Source: Octopus vulgaris (Eukaryota). Taken from it: a stretch of 64,000 nt of DNA. Position 1 is the first letter of the stretch. Each line of letters starts with the position of its first letter. The stretch is taken from the NCBI GenBank assembly GCA_951406725.2, contig OX597824.1, forward strand, positions 20,894,001 through 20,958,000. The letters are read 5' to 3'. The notes beneath the pieces are model-generated. The model was not told the origin of the DNA, did not search any database, and saw nothing but the letters and a program-made list of their open reading frames with translations. Below are positions 1 through 13,289 of this stretch, piece by piece. A program made the position numbers and the translations under genes.

Positions 1-608
1 TGCATACACTCCATGCAGATTATGGTTTCTTGGTAATTGCCGCATGTCCCCATGTAGCAGTCTAGAAAACAACGATGCAGTGGATAATGTAGAGATCCAT
101 GATATAAGTTTGTTTGAAGCTTGCATCAGCTACATACCAGTTCCCACAGCATCAAGCCAGGATTTTTATTATTGAGGTTTACTCTTCTCAGTAAGCTTAA
201 TGTAACCCAGTAAGGGCAACGTGTTTGATCAGAGGCTGCTTATTTTAAGTATAATTGCAGCTAATCCCCATAAATGAGGATCATTCCCCTCTCTGTAACC
301 ATCACATTATTCTTGACCACTTCTGGTAATACGTAACCCTGTACAACCTGTTGCATGATCAGTTTATGAGTGACTAGACTGGTAATCCCACCGAGCTTAC
401 TTGCTTGGTGAAGGGGGTGATTCTTGGACCCCCTACTGGACAAAAAACAAAACCCATCGTAGCAAATTTAAGATACTTGATTGTGCTTTTATTCTTTCAC
501 TGGTTTCAATCGTTAGACTGTAGATATGCTGTGGTTCTCCCTTGACTTAGAGGGGTTTGTTAGTCACATCAATCATGATATTTATTTCAGTGTGGTACTT
601 GTTAAACT

Positions 609-1017
609 AAGGTGGTGAGCTGGCAGAAACGTTAGCAGGCCGGGCGAAATGCTTTGCAGTATTTCGTCTGTTGTTCTGAGTTCAAATTCCGCCGAGATCG
701 ACTTTGCCTTTCATCCTTTTGGGGTCGATAAATTAAGTACCAGTTAAACACTGGGGTCGATGTAATCGACTTAATACCTATGTCTGTCCTTGTTTGTCCC
801 CTCTGTTTAGCCCCTTGTGGGTAATAAAGAAATAGGTATTTCATCTGCCGCTACATTCTGAGTTCAAATTCTGCCGAGGTCAACTTTGCCTTTCATCCTT
901 TTGTGGTAGATAAATTAAGTACCAGTTACGCAGTGGGGTCGATGTAATCAGCTTAATCCCTTTGTCTGTCCTTGTTTGTCCCCTCTGTGTGTAGCCCCTT
1001 GTGGGCAATAAAGAAAT
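609..1017 (+). mobile_element. tRNA-derived SINE family A, head plus 2 body units
   Basis: A-box-like TGGCAGAAACGTTAG, B box GTTCAAATTCC; body restarts after the junction AAAGAAATAG-GTATTTC. Confidence 0.8.
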
Positions 1018-2607
1018 GAGGGATGGATGGAGTTCATAGGCAAGCATTTACCTAGTGGTCTACTGGTGTATGAAAGGATTTAAGAAATCCAGTAGATCCG
1101 GATTTAGGAAAGCTATACTGGGGTCATAAAGGAGGGAGATGGATTTAATTTGTTAGAGACTGTAGTTCTTAATGACCGTCTCTGACACCTTTGAGATGTT
1201 GGAAGTGGGAATGATTAGTGTTGTAGCTGAGAGGGGAGTAAAGAGGAGCGACTGCTGCCCCATCACCCAAGCACTTTTTTTAAAAATTGGTGCCTTTACA
1301 GCAATGTTTTTTACCTCTTTACTTCACTTGTACAATAACAGTTGAATCTCTTGTTTTTTATTAGTTGCATGTCCTTGGAAGAAGTTTCTGGAGTTGTGTT
1401 TTTGAGCTGTCAGCTCAATCTCCTGTGATGTACTGGTGGCCACTGATGTCTGAAGAACCAAAACAAACCCCAACGTAATAACCTCCTGACACTGGACGGT
1501 CCAGTGGTGTTTCATCTTTTTCGCATCACACTTATGTCAGTAGTTGTGCATTTCATAAATAATGACATTGATAATGAACATGAAATTAATGAAATATTTT
1601 GTGCAATATAAGAGAAATGAGTTAAAAATTGTTTGTTGTGTGTCATGGCACCCTTTTCTTTTTTGTGTGTGATTGCTTATCTTAACTTTAAAATCTTGCA
1701 ACACTACTGGGAATGATATCTCAATAGTTGGTGTGGTGGGTCAGACATGTAGGGACGCCATTTTGGAAGTCTTCAGCGCGCATGTGCAGAGTTGGATTTC
1801 TTCCAGTAGGCCGCTAGAAGTTCCCTCATGCTCATGCACAGAGAACTACCAACAGAAAAATTTCCTGCTGGATTGACCTCTTTCGAAGCTGCAGCTGAAT
1901 TGAATGGATGTGTCCTCATGGCTCTCCCAAGCAAGCCAACATGTGGAGAAGCCACTCTACACTGGAACGAGACAGCATTTGGCTCACACCATTTAACTAC
2001 TGTGACTAGCTCCATGGCCCATGGCTACTGGTTCGCCCTGAAGTAAATATATGTATATATATTATTGCGAATCCAGAAAAATAAATATTTTTTTATGCTG
2101 TTGAAGTTATTCGAAGTCTTGGTTTTTCCTATCGACAAATAATTTAATGTAACGGGATAAGACCTGCACCCCTCAAGTGTTCCAGAGACCTTACATCCTG
2201 TTACTGACAGGTTGCCCTTCTTGTGAATGGTACACAATGTACTATTTCCAAAGTATCATTGGAGGAGAGAGAGAGAGAGATAGAGGGAGAGAGAGAGAGA
2301 TAGAGGGAGAGAGAGAGAGAGAGATTGAAGAGCTTGGCAGAGATAGAGGCTAACTTTGGGGTACATTGATTTATAGAAAGGAAAGATGGCCTTGTTGGTT
2401 TCAGGTGACCAGAGGTGCTTTTGCATGGCATTTGATGTGAATGTGAGTCTTCCATTCATTTTAACCTTTGAGGTAACCCTAAAATAATTCTAAAACTAAG
2501 TTACTAACGGAATATTTGCTTGATAACTTAGTAGTCATTGTAGAATGTGCTGAGTACTTTAGAAAATGTTTCAAACAGAGGTGACTGGGCTTGAGAGAAA
2601 AAAAGCC

Positions 2608-2837
2608 TTAACCCTTTTGTTACCAAAAACGGCTGAAACCGGCTCTGGCTCTGAGTACAAATGTCATGTTTTCATAAGTTTTGAATTAAAATCTTCCATC
2701 AAACCTTAGTAACAATTTATGTTCCTAACACTAGCTGAATGATAACTAAGTTATTTTACTAAATTCTTTGTTATATTTAAAATTAATTGAAAGAAACACA
2801 GAGCATCTCAAAATAACCACAGTAACAAAAGGATTAA
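2608..2837. mobile_element. TTAA-flanked (piggyBac-type) MITE; copies at 16667-16895 and 30027-30256
   Basis: TTAA-CCCTTTYGTTAC...GTAACRAAAGGG-TTAA terminal inverted repeats, ~225 bp, three copies. Confidence 0.8.
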
Positions 2838-3213
2838 AGTTAAAAAGTCCAAAATTAATATAGTTGCAGGAATTACAAAAACGCTATAGAAAATATAGCA
2901 ATTGCCTTGCTCAATAAGAGAAAGGATCTAGGTAACATAAATACTAGATATGTGATACTAGCAATCACTACACAAAAGAACTGATGAGGTGGGGTTTCTT
3001 ATAGATTCACAAGTTACCAAAATAGTTTAACAAACAGCATGAGTATGCATGAAGTGAAGGCCAAGTATTTTTTGAATGATTTTGGACGTTGAGTATAATT
3101 TCTGGGTGCAAGTTTTGTGAGTAATAGCAGAGAGGTTAGGATTCATGGAAGAATAATGAAGGACTTGCAATTTGTTGGAATGAAAAGTGTTTCATTCTCT
3201 CTTTTATAATTGA

Positions 3214-3603
3214 CTAGCAGTATCACCCGGTGTTGCTTGGGTTTGTTTCGACCCTTTAGAATTGGAATTTTTGAAAAGTAAAAATTTTGCATTATGTAGC
3301 TTGTTATTCTCTTTAAGTGAACATTTTTCTGGTTGAAATACACCGAAAAATGGTGACACAGCAGTAAAAAAATCGTAAAAAATAGGGATTTTCATAGAAA
3401 AAAAGCACCTTTTTGATGTGAATAATTTTTGGTGTTAACGTGGTCCGATTTGAATTTTATCTTCTACGGAAGGAAGAGCAAGCCTTCTTCTATCATACTC
3501 TCAATTTTGGTCAACTTGCACCGCGGGGTCTTGGAGGAGATAGTTTTAGTTGAAGGCTACCAAACCTGCCACACACAGACAACTTCAGCTTTATATATAT
3601 AGA
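3214..3603 (-). mobile_element. Non-autonomous Helitron (~390 bp)
   Basis: Minus strand 5'-TC...subterminal GC hairpin (CCCAAGCAACACCGGG)...CTAG-3', inserted between A and T; three near-identical copies in the window. Confidence 0.8.
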
Positions 3604-4353
3604 TTATATGAAGAACATACAAGAAGTATTATGCAAGTGGAAAAGACCAAGCTGTTGTAGATTGTTGGTTGTGTAAATTTAATTTATTTCAAAAAAGCAT
3701 GAGTGAGTTGTGAAAGCAACTGAGCATCACAGGCGTCGGTGGATGTATGTAAGATGGACAACTATGTGAGGGTGGAATGATGCATGTTCATGGAAAAAAA
3801 AAAAGTGAGCTGGTGATTATTTCACACATGTGGCAGAATTAGACCAAGGACTTAAGAGAGCAACGCTAGACTTGACTCGAGAGCATTGGGTTTCACTGAG
3901 AAGATAAAATCAGATCAAGATGCAAAGAGAGATGTTGCATTACACTCACTTCCAACCAATTCACCCTATGATAAAACAGGCTTTAAACCATGCATCATCA
4001 TCATCGTTTAACGTCCGTTTTCCGTGCTAGCACGGGTTGGACGGTTCGACCAGGGGTCTGGGAAGTCAGGGGGCTGCACCGGGCTCCAGTCTGATCTGGC
4101 AGTGTTTCTACAGCTGGATGACTTTCCTAACGTCATTGACAATGTTAAAAAAAAAATAGAAAGAACATGCTTCTTGAATTTTAATAATGACCTAAATTAA
4201 ACTGCATAAAATGTTCGGAGGGAAAATGAATAATTCATTTTAAAGAAACACACAATAAAATCTAAATGAATAATTTATTTAAATTCGAAGTCAAGGTGCA
4301 AAGAGGAAAAAGGCACTCATAAATCGTTTAGATAAAGGTCGGTTCACATTTTA

Positions 4354-4361
4354 ACACGTCA
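4354..4361 (-). promoter_or_regulatory. UPRE/CRE-like bZIP site (TGACGTGT on - strand)
   Basis: ACACGTCA 12 nt upstream of the ERSE; one mismatch from UPRE TGACGTG(G/A). Confidence 0.5.
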
Positions 4362-4373
4362 CCGGTAGAGCGT

Positions 4374-4392
4374 CGTGGCGCAATCTGATTGG
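4374..4392 (-). promoter_or_regulatory. ER stress response element (ERSE), CCAAT-N9-CCACG on the - strand, upstream of CRELD
   Basis: + strand reads CGTGG-cgcaatctg-ATTGG, an exact ERSE consensus with a 9-nt spacer, about 370 nt upstream of the CRELD ATG in a locally CpG-richer patch. Confidence 0.8.
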
Positions 4393-4764
4393 CTGTTTGA
4401 TTTCAACCGGTCTTCAGTACACATGGACATTTGTGTCTGTTTGTGATGATTGTCATGTTCGCATCAACATTTAAGCTGCCTCCAAGACCTGGACAGCAAC
4501 GAAATAAAAGCTTCCTGCTTCGATGTCATGTCTCTCATTTATAACAGTTCTTCCCAGAGGATAAAACAAAATAGTAATCTTTAAACGCAGTAGTGACTAG
4601 TCTTGCATCCCACAACACTGTTTTTCCCCAGTAACATTTTAGGTTATTTTAGCAACAATAAATCGTTCTGTTATTGTTGCTAAGGAAAAAAAGCTATATA
4701 TTCACTGTTTACACATTGTTTATAAAAAAAAAAATAATATATCGTTACTTTATATAAATCAATT

Positions 4765-4911
4765 ATGTATTTTTGGAACAGTCTATCGAGCAAATATTTA
4801 GCTATTAATTTCGCCTTGCTTTTGGTTTCTGTGTATGCTTCCACCAAAGAGGAGGATCCGATGATAAAAAAATGTGAAGCCTGTCGTAATATCGAAGAGC
4901 GGTATCGAGAG
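4765..4911 (+). CDS. CRELD: CRELD exon 1: signal peptide and CXXC motif (MYFWNSLSSKYLAINFALLLVSVYASTKEEDPMIKKCEACRNIEERYRE)
   Basis: ATG, hydrophobic signal-like stretch, CEAC matching the CRELD N-terminal CXXC; donor GAG|GTAAGT, phase 0. Confidence 0.9.
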
Positions 4912-5873
4912 GTAAGTCAGTATTATTTATACATTTACACGTTCTGTTGAGAATCAAAAAATGTTATTGTTTTCATATAACAAAATACCATTCATTGCCA
5001 TGAGAATTCTTAGCACTAACAGGTCTTACCACTTGTGGGTTCCATTTCAACCATATACGTTGTTTCATCTTTCGGATCTAAAATCTAAAATATGTCTTGC
5101 TAAAATACACTCGCCCCTAAATCCAGTTAACGAACCATTTTTTGATAGCGATGCTCCAGTATGGCCACGACCTGGTGATTTAAAACTGGTTGATGTTGAA
5201 ATGTGTAGTATAAACATGATTTGTTGTGTGGAAGATTGTTTCGTTTGAAAATATATATTTTTTTTTTGAGTTCAGTTTCTGAGGTTCAATTCCTGTCGGA
5301 GTTTCACTTAGCTTTCGATATTCAGGAGATTGATAAAATAAGTACCAGTAATTATATCGTCTGGACTGACAAATTAGTGCAAGGTAAAATGAATATCGAT
5401 GAACGACTCGACCGTCAGTATTGATAAAGCAAGAATACAAGATTGATTATCAGACTGTATCACTAAAAACGAAACTAAAAACATATTTTGCAGAGAAAAA
5501 TTCTTTTGAATCTTATAAAAAATGCTTAAATGAAATATATATATATTTTCAACACACCTCTATGACAGAGCAAAAAAGGGGCTTGTTGAATTTGATATAT
5601 TTTTCATTGATCGATCTTCAGAGCTGTTTAGGGATAATCATGTTCACTTCATATGTGGCAATTCTCACGAATATGGATTGGCATTTCATGCTTGGGTTAA
5701 CTTTATATATATAACAGGGAAACCACTTTGTGGACACCCATATGTATATAATACAATTTTACTGAACCTTCAGTTTTTTTATATGCTAGACCACTGGTGT
5801 GAAATCGATGTTAATTAAATTAATATCTAATTTCTTACCCTCATTTTAAATTTATATATATATATATGTTGTG

Positions 5874-5905
<32 letters not shown>

Positions 5906-6637
5906 ACACACACACACACAAGTGAATCGGAACGGTAAATACAAATAAAAACTTATTAAAGACTATCTCCTTTAAAGGGATTCAGCTAAAATACAATTTA
6001 CATGCCGTAAATTTTCTTTTAATAAAGACCAATTAGCTAATTTTGTTTACATTTTAATAAGTGGTTAATCCGTTGCTGAACTTTCGGTACCTTGGGAAAG
6101 AAGGATGAGCAAAACTGAATAACGAGTCTTTGAAGTCAGTTGGACTGGTCAGTTCGATTCTCATTCAAGCTCCCAAAGGAAGAACAGTATTGGGGGGTTA
6201 AAGTTTATTTAGAGACATGCCACTTTGTTATCATTCTATGCTGTTTGTTACCTTTTACGACCGTCCGTTTGTATCGAAATAATCTTTGGTTTTTTTAATT
6301 CATTTTTGCCTTTATTCAACACTTGTTGGCTTTTTTTCCCCCACCTTTCATTTAATGTGTATTGGCATTGAATGGATATTTCGGTTTTAAAGTTCTGGGG
6401 TCAAACCCTGCCCGAATCAACTAGAACGTTCCTAAGTCGGTAAGGTGACAAAGTGACGTGTCAAAATTAATAACATATATGCGTAATATCAGCCATTATA
6501 TCATTGGGTTTATAGTCTTTGCCAAAGAATCTTCAAAGTTGGTTCCATTGTAAGCAAACTTGGCCGTTAATGAAAAACATATAAAAAATATCTTTCTATT
6601 AGAATTCTATACAACTTATTTCTGAGAAATGTGGCAT

Positions 6638-6696
<59 letters not shown>

Positions 6697-6907
6697 CATA
6701 TATATCGTTTGTAGAAAACATAAATCCGAAAGAAGCACACTCTAAGATGTAGAGCAGTATACATTAAAAATGGGGAAGGCCGGTTTATGGGTCTCCCCTC
6801 TATAAAGGGTCTAGCTTTATGGTGTATCGTCAGATCCCCAAAACCCAGACCTTTTAGGGACTGGAAACCTAAGGTAATCCCATAAACCGGCCTTTCCCAT
6901 TAATATA

Positions 6908-6953
<46 letters not shown>

Positions 6954-7616
6954 TTTTTATTAAGGCAGTAAAATTATCACAGAGCTGTAACCGATAGTTT
7001 CACGTTCCCGTTCGTTGGACAGTTGTGATAAAATACTAAATTAAAATCGGGATTGTACCTGTAATATAATGTTATTTGATATATTTCAAACACACGAATA
7101 TTCATGTATTTGAATTACATGTACAATCACGGTTTTAATTCAGTATTTTAATTCAGTATCACAACTGCCCGACGAACGGGACAGTTCTGTGATAATTTTA
7201 CAGCTTTAAAAAAAAAAAAAACGTATATTACTCTACCTCTGGTATTCGAGTACTATTTTTTCCACCTTGTTTTGCACTTATGTGCTCACCTGTGTAAAAC
7301 ACACACACACATGTATATATATATATATATATATATAGTTGTGGTGCACCTGAGCACTGTATACAATAATTTCATTATTATTATTATATATTATATATAT
7401 ATATATATATATACTACAAAATTAGAGAATGGAGAAACATACTTAAATCAGTAAAACATCAACTATCCGATGATACTCAATCCATACTTTAATACACCAT
7501 TACATATGAGCAAAGGCAATATATAAAATGAAATGAGATATACAGTAATAGTAAAAGTAAAAAGATAAAGAGATATAAGTAAAAAATTTCAAATATAATA
7601 TGCAAATAAATCAAAA

Positions 7617-7724
7617 CTGACAGCTGTTTCGGCAGTGAGGACAGTCATACCTCATTTAACCTATAAGCCATAAAGGCAGGTATAAATGAGGCATTAACAA
7701 GGATGCCCCACGGCCTCTTCAGAG
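7617..7724 (-). ncRNA. Hammerhead ribozyme motif with a long stem II insert
   Basis: CTGAAGA-GGC...GCC-GAAACAGCTGTC-AG in an AT-rich element flanked by (TA)n. Confidence 0.5.
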
Positions 7725-8626
7725 AATTAAATTAAATTTGTTATAATAGTGAAAAATATTATATAATCATATACATATAAATATAAAAATATAAAAATGT
7801 AAAATATAAAAACTTATATATCATAATGCTACACTTATATAATATAATACACATTTGTACAAAAAGGAAGGTAAACAGAACAATATAAAACAAAATATAT
7901 AACAGTATACAATAGATGAACTGATTGCTTGACAATTTTTAACATCTATGTATTATTTTTGTTGGGTACCTATCTAGCAGTATATTGGATATATATTATC
8001 CCATGGTGGGTTGAATTTTCAACCCCTATCTCATTTTATAATATATATATATATATATATATAAGCAGTTAACGTCCATTTTTTTCCATGCTTGCATGGG
8101 TCAGACGGAATTTGTTGAGACAGATTTTCTCCAGTCGAATACCTTTCCTGCTGTTACCTATCCTCACCTGTTTCCTATCAAGGTAATATTTCCCCTTGAC
8201 TAGACATGTCTTTTTCACAGAAGACTGGAAACAAAATTTGGTTGTATGTCGATGATGCTCGTTTACAATCTTTACACAATATCAAGACAAAGGTACACAC
8301 AAACAAACAAACATATGTATATGTGTGATGGGCTTCTTTCGGTTTCCATCTACCAAATCCAATTACAAGCTTTGGGCGATAAAAGAAAGCATTTTCCCAA
8401 AGTGCTGTAGAGTAGAACTGAACCCTTAACCACATGGTTTAGAAGCAAGTTTCTAGCACCATCATTTAACGTACACCTTCTATGCCTGCATGGGTCAGAC
8501 GGAATTTGTTGAATCAGATTTTCTACTAACATTTGAACTGTTCTGTTTATCATTTGTATGTATTCACAAACCGTATTCAGAAGTGCATTAGTTTATAGTT
8601 TAACAAAAACATCCGTTTATTCACAG

Positions 8627-8709
8627 GGTTTAAAAAGAACTGCAAAAGGTAACTATGGAGGTGGTAACACCAACTGGGAAGAAAATAAGCTTGGAAGTTA
8701 TGCTCTAAG
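8627..8709 (+). CDS. CRELD: CRELD exon 2 (GLKRTAKGNYGGGNTNWEENKLGSYALS)
   Basis: Family signature TAKxNxGGGNTxWEE; tcacag| acceptor, |GTAAGG donor; phase 0 to 2. Confidence 0.95.
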
Positions 8710-8730
8710 GTAAGGATTTGAACCTGTCAT

Positions 8731-8932
8731 TTTTTTTACTTGTTTCAGTCATTTGATTGCGGCCATGCCGGAGCACCGCCTTTAGTCGAGCAAATCGACC
8801 CCAGGACTTATTCTTTGTAAGCCTAGTACTTATTCTATCGGTCTCTTTTGCCAAACCGCTAAGTTACGGGGACGTAAACACACCAGCATCGGTTGTCAAG
8901 CGATGTTGTGGGGACAAACACAGACACACACT

Positions 8933-8972
<40 letters not shown>

Positions 8973-9132
8973 TACAATGGGCTTCTTTCAGTTTCCATCT
9001 ACCAAATCCACTCACAAGGCTTTGGTTGGCCTGAGGCTATAGCAGAAGACACTTGCCCAAGGTGCCACGCAGTGGGACTGAACCCGGAACCATGTGGTTG
9101 GTAAGCAAGCTACTTACCACACAGCCACTCCT
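8731..9132 (-). mobile_element. tRNA-derived SINE family B with internal (CA)/(TA) microsatellite
   Basis: Head GGAGTGGCTGTGTGGTAAG...GGTTCAGTCCC; near-identical copies at 20686 and 43170. Confidence 0.8.
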
Positions 9133-9619
9133 ACATAACTTTTTTTATCTTTTTGTGTGGAGAGATGAAGAATCTTGAAATTGCTTCTATGAACAGCCTG
9201 GTGCTTGTCCAGATTTTTGTTTCTTAAATATGCTTTTTGTGTTTGCTTCATTTTGGTAAATACACGTGTGCAATAGAGAAGAGTCTGCTGGTTTGGTCAT
9301 GTAAAGTGTGTAGATGAGGTCAGCTGCATAAAGAAGTGCTGAGGTCTAACAGTGGAGAGAACCTGGGGAAGGAGTAGACCCAGGAAGACGTGGGATGAAG
9401 TGGTGAGACAAGATCTTCGGATGCTGGGCCTCGCTGAGGAAATAAGGGACTGGGAGTTGTGGCAATTTGTGTACTTGAGAAGACATGCCAAGCTAAGTAA
9501 AATCGCTGTCATCCATACATACAGGCTGGTCCTTTACAGGTGCCATTGCCCCATAAAATGCATTCATGCCAGTGCTGTGTAAACACACCCATATTGGTGG
9601 GCCCATAAGCACCCAGCAT

Positions 9620-11165
9620 GGGTCCCTCACTTCAATGAGGGTTGGCAACGAGTATAGTGAAGAATTCCAGGTAGGAGTAGGGGTCCACCAAGCATCAGTC
9701 CTCATCTCCCACTTATTCATCAGTCCTCCAGGCAATAACAGAGGAGTTCAAGACAGGCTGCCCCAAGGAGCTCCTCTATGCTGATGACTTTGCTCTAATT
9801 GCTGAGTCACTACTAGATCTAGAGGAGAAGTTTCATGTGTTGAAGTAAGGGCCTTAGAGTCAATCTAGCAAAAACCAGTCTTAGTAAGTAGGAAGGCAGA
9901 CAAACCACAAATCCCTTCAGGTAGATGGCCCTGCTTGATCTGTAGGAAAGGTGTAGGTAGAAACTCCATAAGATGTAATCAGTGTAAGCTATGGACACAT
10001 AAGAGGTGCAGCAATATCAAAGGAAGGTTAACTGGGAAGATAGATTTTGTGCGTGGCAGATGCACAGGGGCAATAAACACTGAAAATGTGCAGAGAAAAG
10101 CTTCCATCACATGCCAGGGGAAAAACTAGAAGTAGTTAATAGCTTCTGTTACCTAGGTGATTAAGTCAGCAGTGGGAGCAGATGCTCTGAGAGTGTAGCT
10201 GCTAGAATAAGAATAGCCTGGGCAAAGTTCAGACAGCTCCTGCCTCTGCTGGTAACAAAGGGCCTCTTGCTCAGAGTGAAAGGTAGACTGTATGATGCAT
10301 GTATACAAACAGCCATGCTACATGGCAGTGAAACATGGGCTGTGACTGCTGAGGACATGCGTAAGCTTGCAAGAAATGAAGTTAGTATGCTCCACTGGAT
10401 GTGTAATGTCAGTGTGCATACAGGACAGAGTGTAAGTGCACTGAGAGAAAAGTTGGACATAAGAAGCATCAGGTGTGGTGTGTGAGAGAGATGACTGCAC
10501 TGGTATAGTCATGTGTTACAAATGGATGAGGACAGCTGTGTTAAGAAGTGCCTATCTCTAACTGTGAAAGAGGTAGACCCAGGAAGACCTGGGATGAGGT
10601 GGTGAAGCACGACTTTTGTTTGAATGTTGGGCCTCACTGAGGCAATGACAAGTAACCGAGACTTTTGGAAATATGCTGTGCTTGAGAAGACCTGGCAAGC
10701 TGAGATTGTGGCTATGGCCTATGCCAGAGTTACATTTAAGAGTTCTGTTCAATAGTCAGGTAATGTACTGTGCTTGAGAAGACCTATTTAGTCAAGTAAA
10801 ATCTCTATTGTGGCCGATGCCAATACTGCCTGACAGGCACCCATGCCTGTGGTACATAAAAAACACCATTCAAGCGTGGACGATGCCAGTGCTTCCTGAC
10901 TGGCTCCCATACTGGTGGTACGTGAAAGGCACCATTTGACATGGTCAGTGCAAGTGCCACCTGACTGGCCCCTATGCTGTTGGCATGTAAAAAGCACCCA
11001 CTGCAGTTTCAGGGTGGTTGGTGTTAGGAAGAGCATTCAGCTGTAGAAACCTTGCCAGATGAGTTTGGAGCCTGGCACAGCCTCCTGGCTTGCCAGCCCT
11101 CAGTCAAACCGTCCAACGCATGCCAGCATAGAAAGTGGACATTAAACGACAACAATGATGATGAT
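9620..11165 (+). mobile_element. Degenerate RTE-like LINE 3' part (RT domain, Cys-rich segment, 3' UTR with ~60-bp repeats, (GAT)n tail); a second 3' fragment at ~9290-9530
   Basis: VGVHQASVL, LLYADD at 9771-9788, 'LYDACIQTAMLHGSETWAV', 'RPRKTWDEVV'; stops and frameshifts. Confidence 0.85.
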
Positions 11166-11229
11166 ATATATATATATACATATACATACATATGATGATG
11201 ATATATATATATATATATATACATACATA

Positions 11230-12070
11230 TACCGTGCCAGCCTCACCTGGCCTCTGTGCCGGTGGCACGTTAAAAGCACCATCCAAGCGTGGCCGTTCGC
11301 CAGCCTCGTCTGGCATCTGTGTTGGTGGCACATAAAAAGCACCCACTACACTCACGGAGTGGTTGGCGTTAAGAAGGGCATCCAGCTGTAGAAACACCGC
11401 CAGATCTGACTGGCTTTGTGCAGCCTCCTGGCTTGCCAGCCCTCAGTCGAACCGTCCAACCCATGCTAGCATGGAAAGCGGACATTAAACGATGATGATG
11501 ATGATGATGACATATGTATGTGTGTGTGTGTATATATATATACATGCAAACATATATGTGTGTGTATATATATACACATGCATGTATATATATGTGTGTG
11601 TGTGTGTACATATATAAACAAAACATTCAAACACTAAATTTTGAAATAAGATGTTACGACTGTTAATATTTTTATCATCATCATCGTTCAACGTCTGTTT
11701 TCCATGCTAGTATGGGTTGGACGGTTCGACCGGGGTCTGGGAAGCCAGGAGGCTGCACCAGGCCCCAATCTGATCTGGCAGTGTTTCTACAGCTGGATGC
11801 CCGTCCTAATGCCAACCACTCCGAGAGTGTAGTGGGTGCTTTTTACGTGCAACCAGCACACGGGGCCAGAGGAACTGGAATCAACCGCAATTGGATGGTG
11901 CTTTTTACACGCCACTGGCATGGAAGTCAGTCAAGGTGGCACTGGCTTCAGCCACGATCAGTTGGTGCTTTTTACATGCCACTGGCACGGAAGCCAGTCA
12001 AGGCGGCACTGGCATCAGCCACATTCGGATGGTGCTTTTTATGTGTTACTGATACGGGGCTCACAACTAC
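11230..12070. mobile_element. Two RTE 3'-UTR fragments in inverted (tail-to-tail) orientation around a (TG/TA) tract
   Basis: 11230-11510 (+) and 11675-12070 (-) share the ...CCAACCCATGCTAGCATGGAAA...AACGATGATG end. More copies at ~3995-4135, 12775-12875, 14620-15090, 23115-23432, 23950-24280, 25975-26460. Confidence 0.75.
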
Positions 12071-12871
12071 AATGTGGATAACATTTAAAATTGACTCTAA
12101 GGCCCTGTGATTCTAGACCTTACTTCCACACCTGAAACTTCTCCTCTAGATCTAGTAGTGACTCAGCCATTAGAACAAAGTCATCAGCATAGGTGGTCAG
12201 CAGGCAAATAGCATTATTTAGCTATAATTTACAAATTAGCACAAAGTGTAAGGATTTATAAAAACATCATGCTGCTAGAAATAAGAGCTAAAGTCTTGAT
12301 TAAACTACCGTACAGTACCAAGATAACAGAGAAATAACAGCAGGCAAGGAAATGGAAAGAATTAATACATCCAAAAGCGCAACTATAAAAGATTATGCAG
12401 TTTAGGACATCCTCATACCCGGGTTTCGGCTTTTGGAAATTTAATCCTTGATCCACTTCAGTGTGGACTACTGAGTAAAAATTCAAGGCCATCACATTAA
12501 ACTCCGCTAGTATACTGGTTTTGTTTTGTGCAAAAACACAGCACATGGTGCAGAAATATTTATAAACATTTGTGTATCTGCCATCTATGAGGTTTATCTC
12601 CCTTGCTATACTCTGCCTGTGACTTGACTTCACTTCTGTGCATCTTATATGTGAGCGCAAATATGGATGTGTAGTTACAAAGTTCCCTTTTGTAACCACA
12701 TGGATTTGGGTGCCTCAGACCAGCCAAAGCGTTCTAAGTGGAATTAATAAATTGGAAACTGTACAGAAGTCCATTATTGGAGCCTGGTGCAAACCATCTG
12801 GTTTGCTAGTCCTCAGTCAAATCATCTAACCCATGCTAGCATGGAAAGTAGATGTTAAACGATGATAATGA

Positions 12872-12920
<49 letters not shown>

Positions 12921-13289
12921 TGAAAAGGAACACACGAGTTGATATAGATGGGAAAAAAAGTCAAGGTAGAAAATACTAAAATAATTTTATGAAAAGCATA
13001 TCAGTACCGGTTTCAGTCATTGAGACTTTTTCAACTGTAAGTATGGAAAACAATAAAATTTTGGAAAAGTTAAAAGAAAAGTTTTTTTAAAAGAATATTT
13101 GTATAGTATTCAAATACAAGGGGCATTTTCCTTCTTGCATTTGAGTCTGTAGGACAGCTTCTGAAATTCTGATGTTTTGTGATATTGTAAAATAATTGCT
13201 TTATCTTTTTTTCCTTCTACGAAATTTAATTAATTATCTAGCACTCTTTTTTTTCTAATTAATTGTACTATAATCTATATACTATACCA

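Noticed and set aside
1-4300. Divergent gene sharing the ERSE promoter, like mammalian ALG12 with CRELD2
   Set aside because: No recognisable - strand exon found; the region is repeats and unclassified degenerate sequence. A distant or non-coding first exon cannot be excluded.
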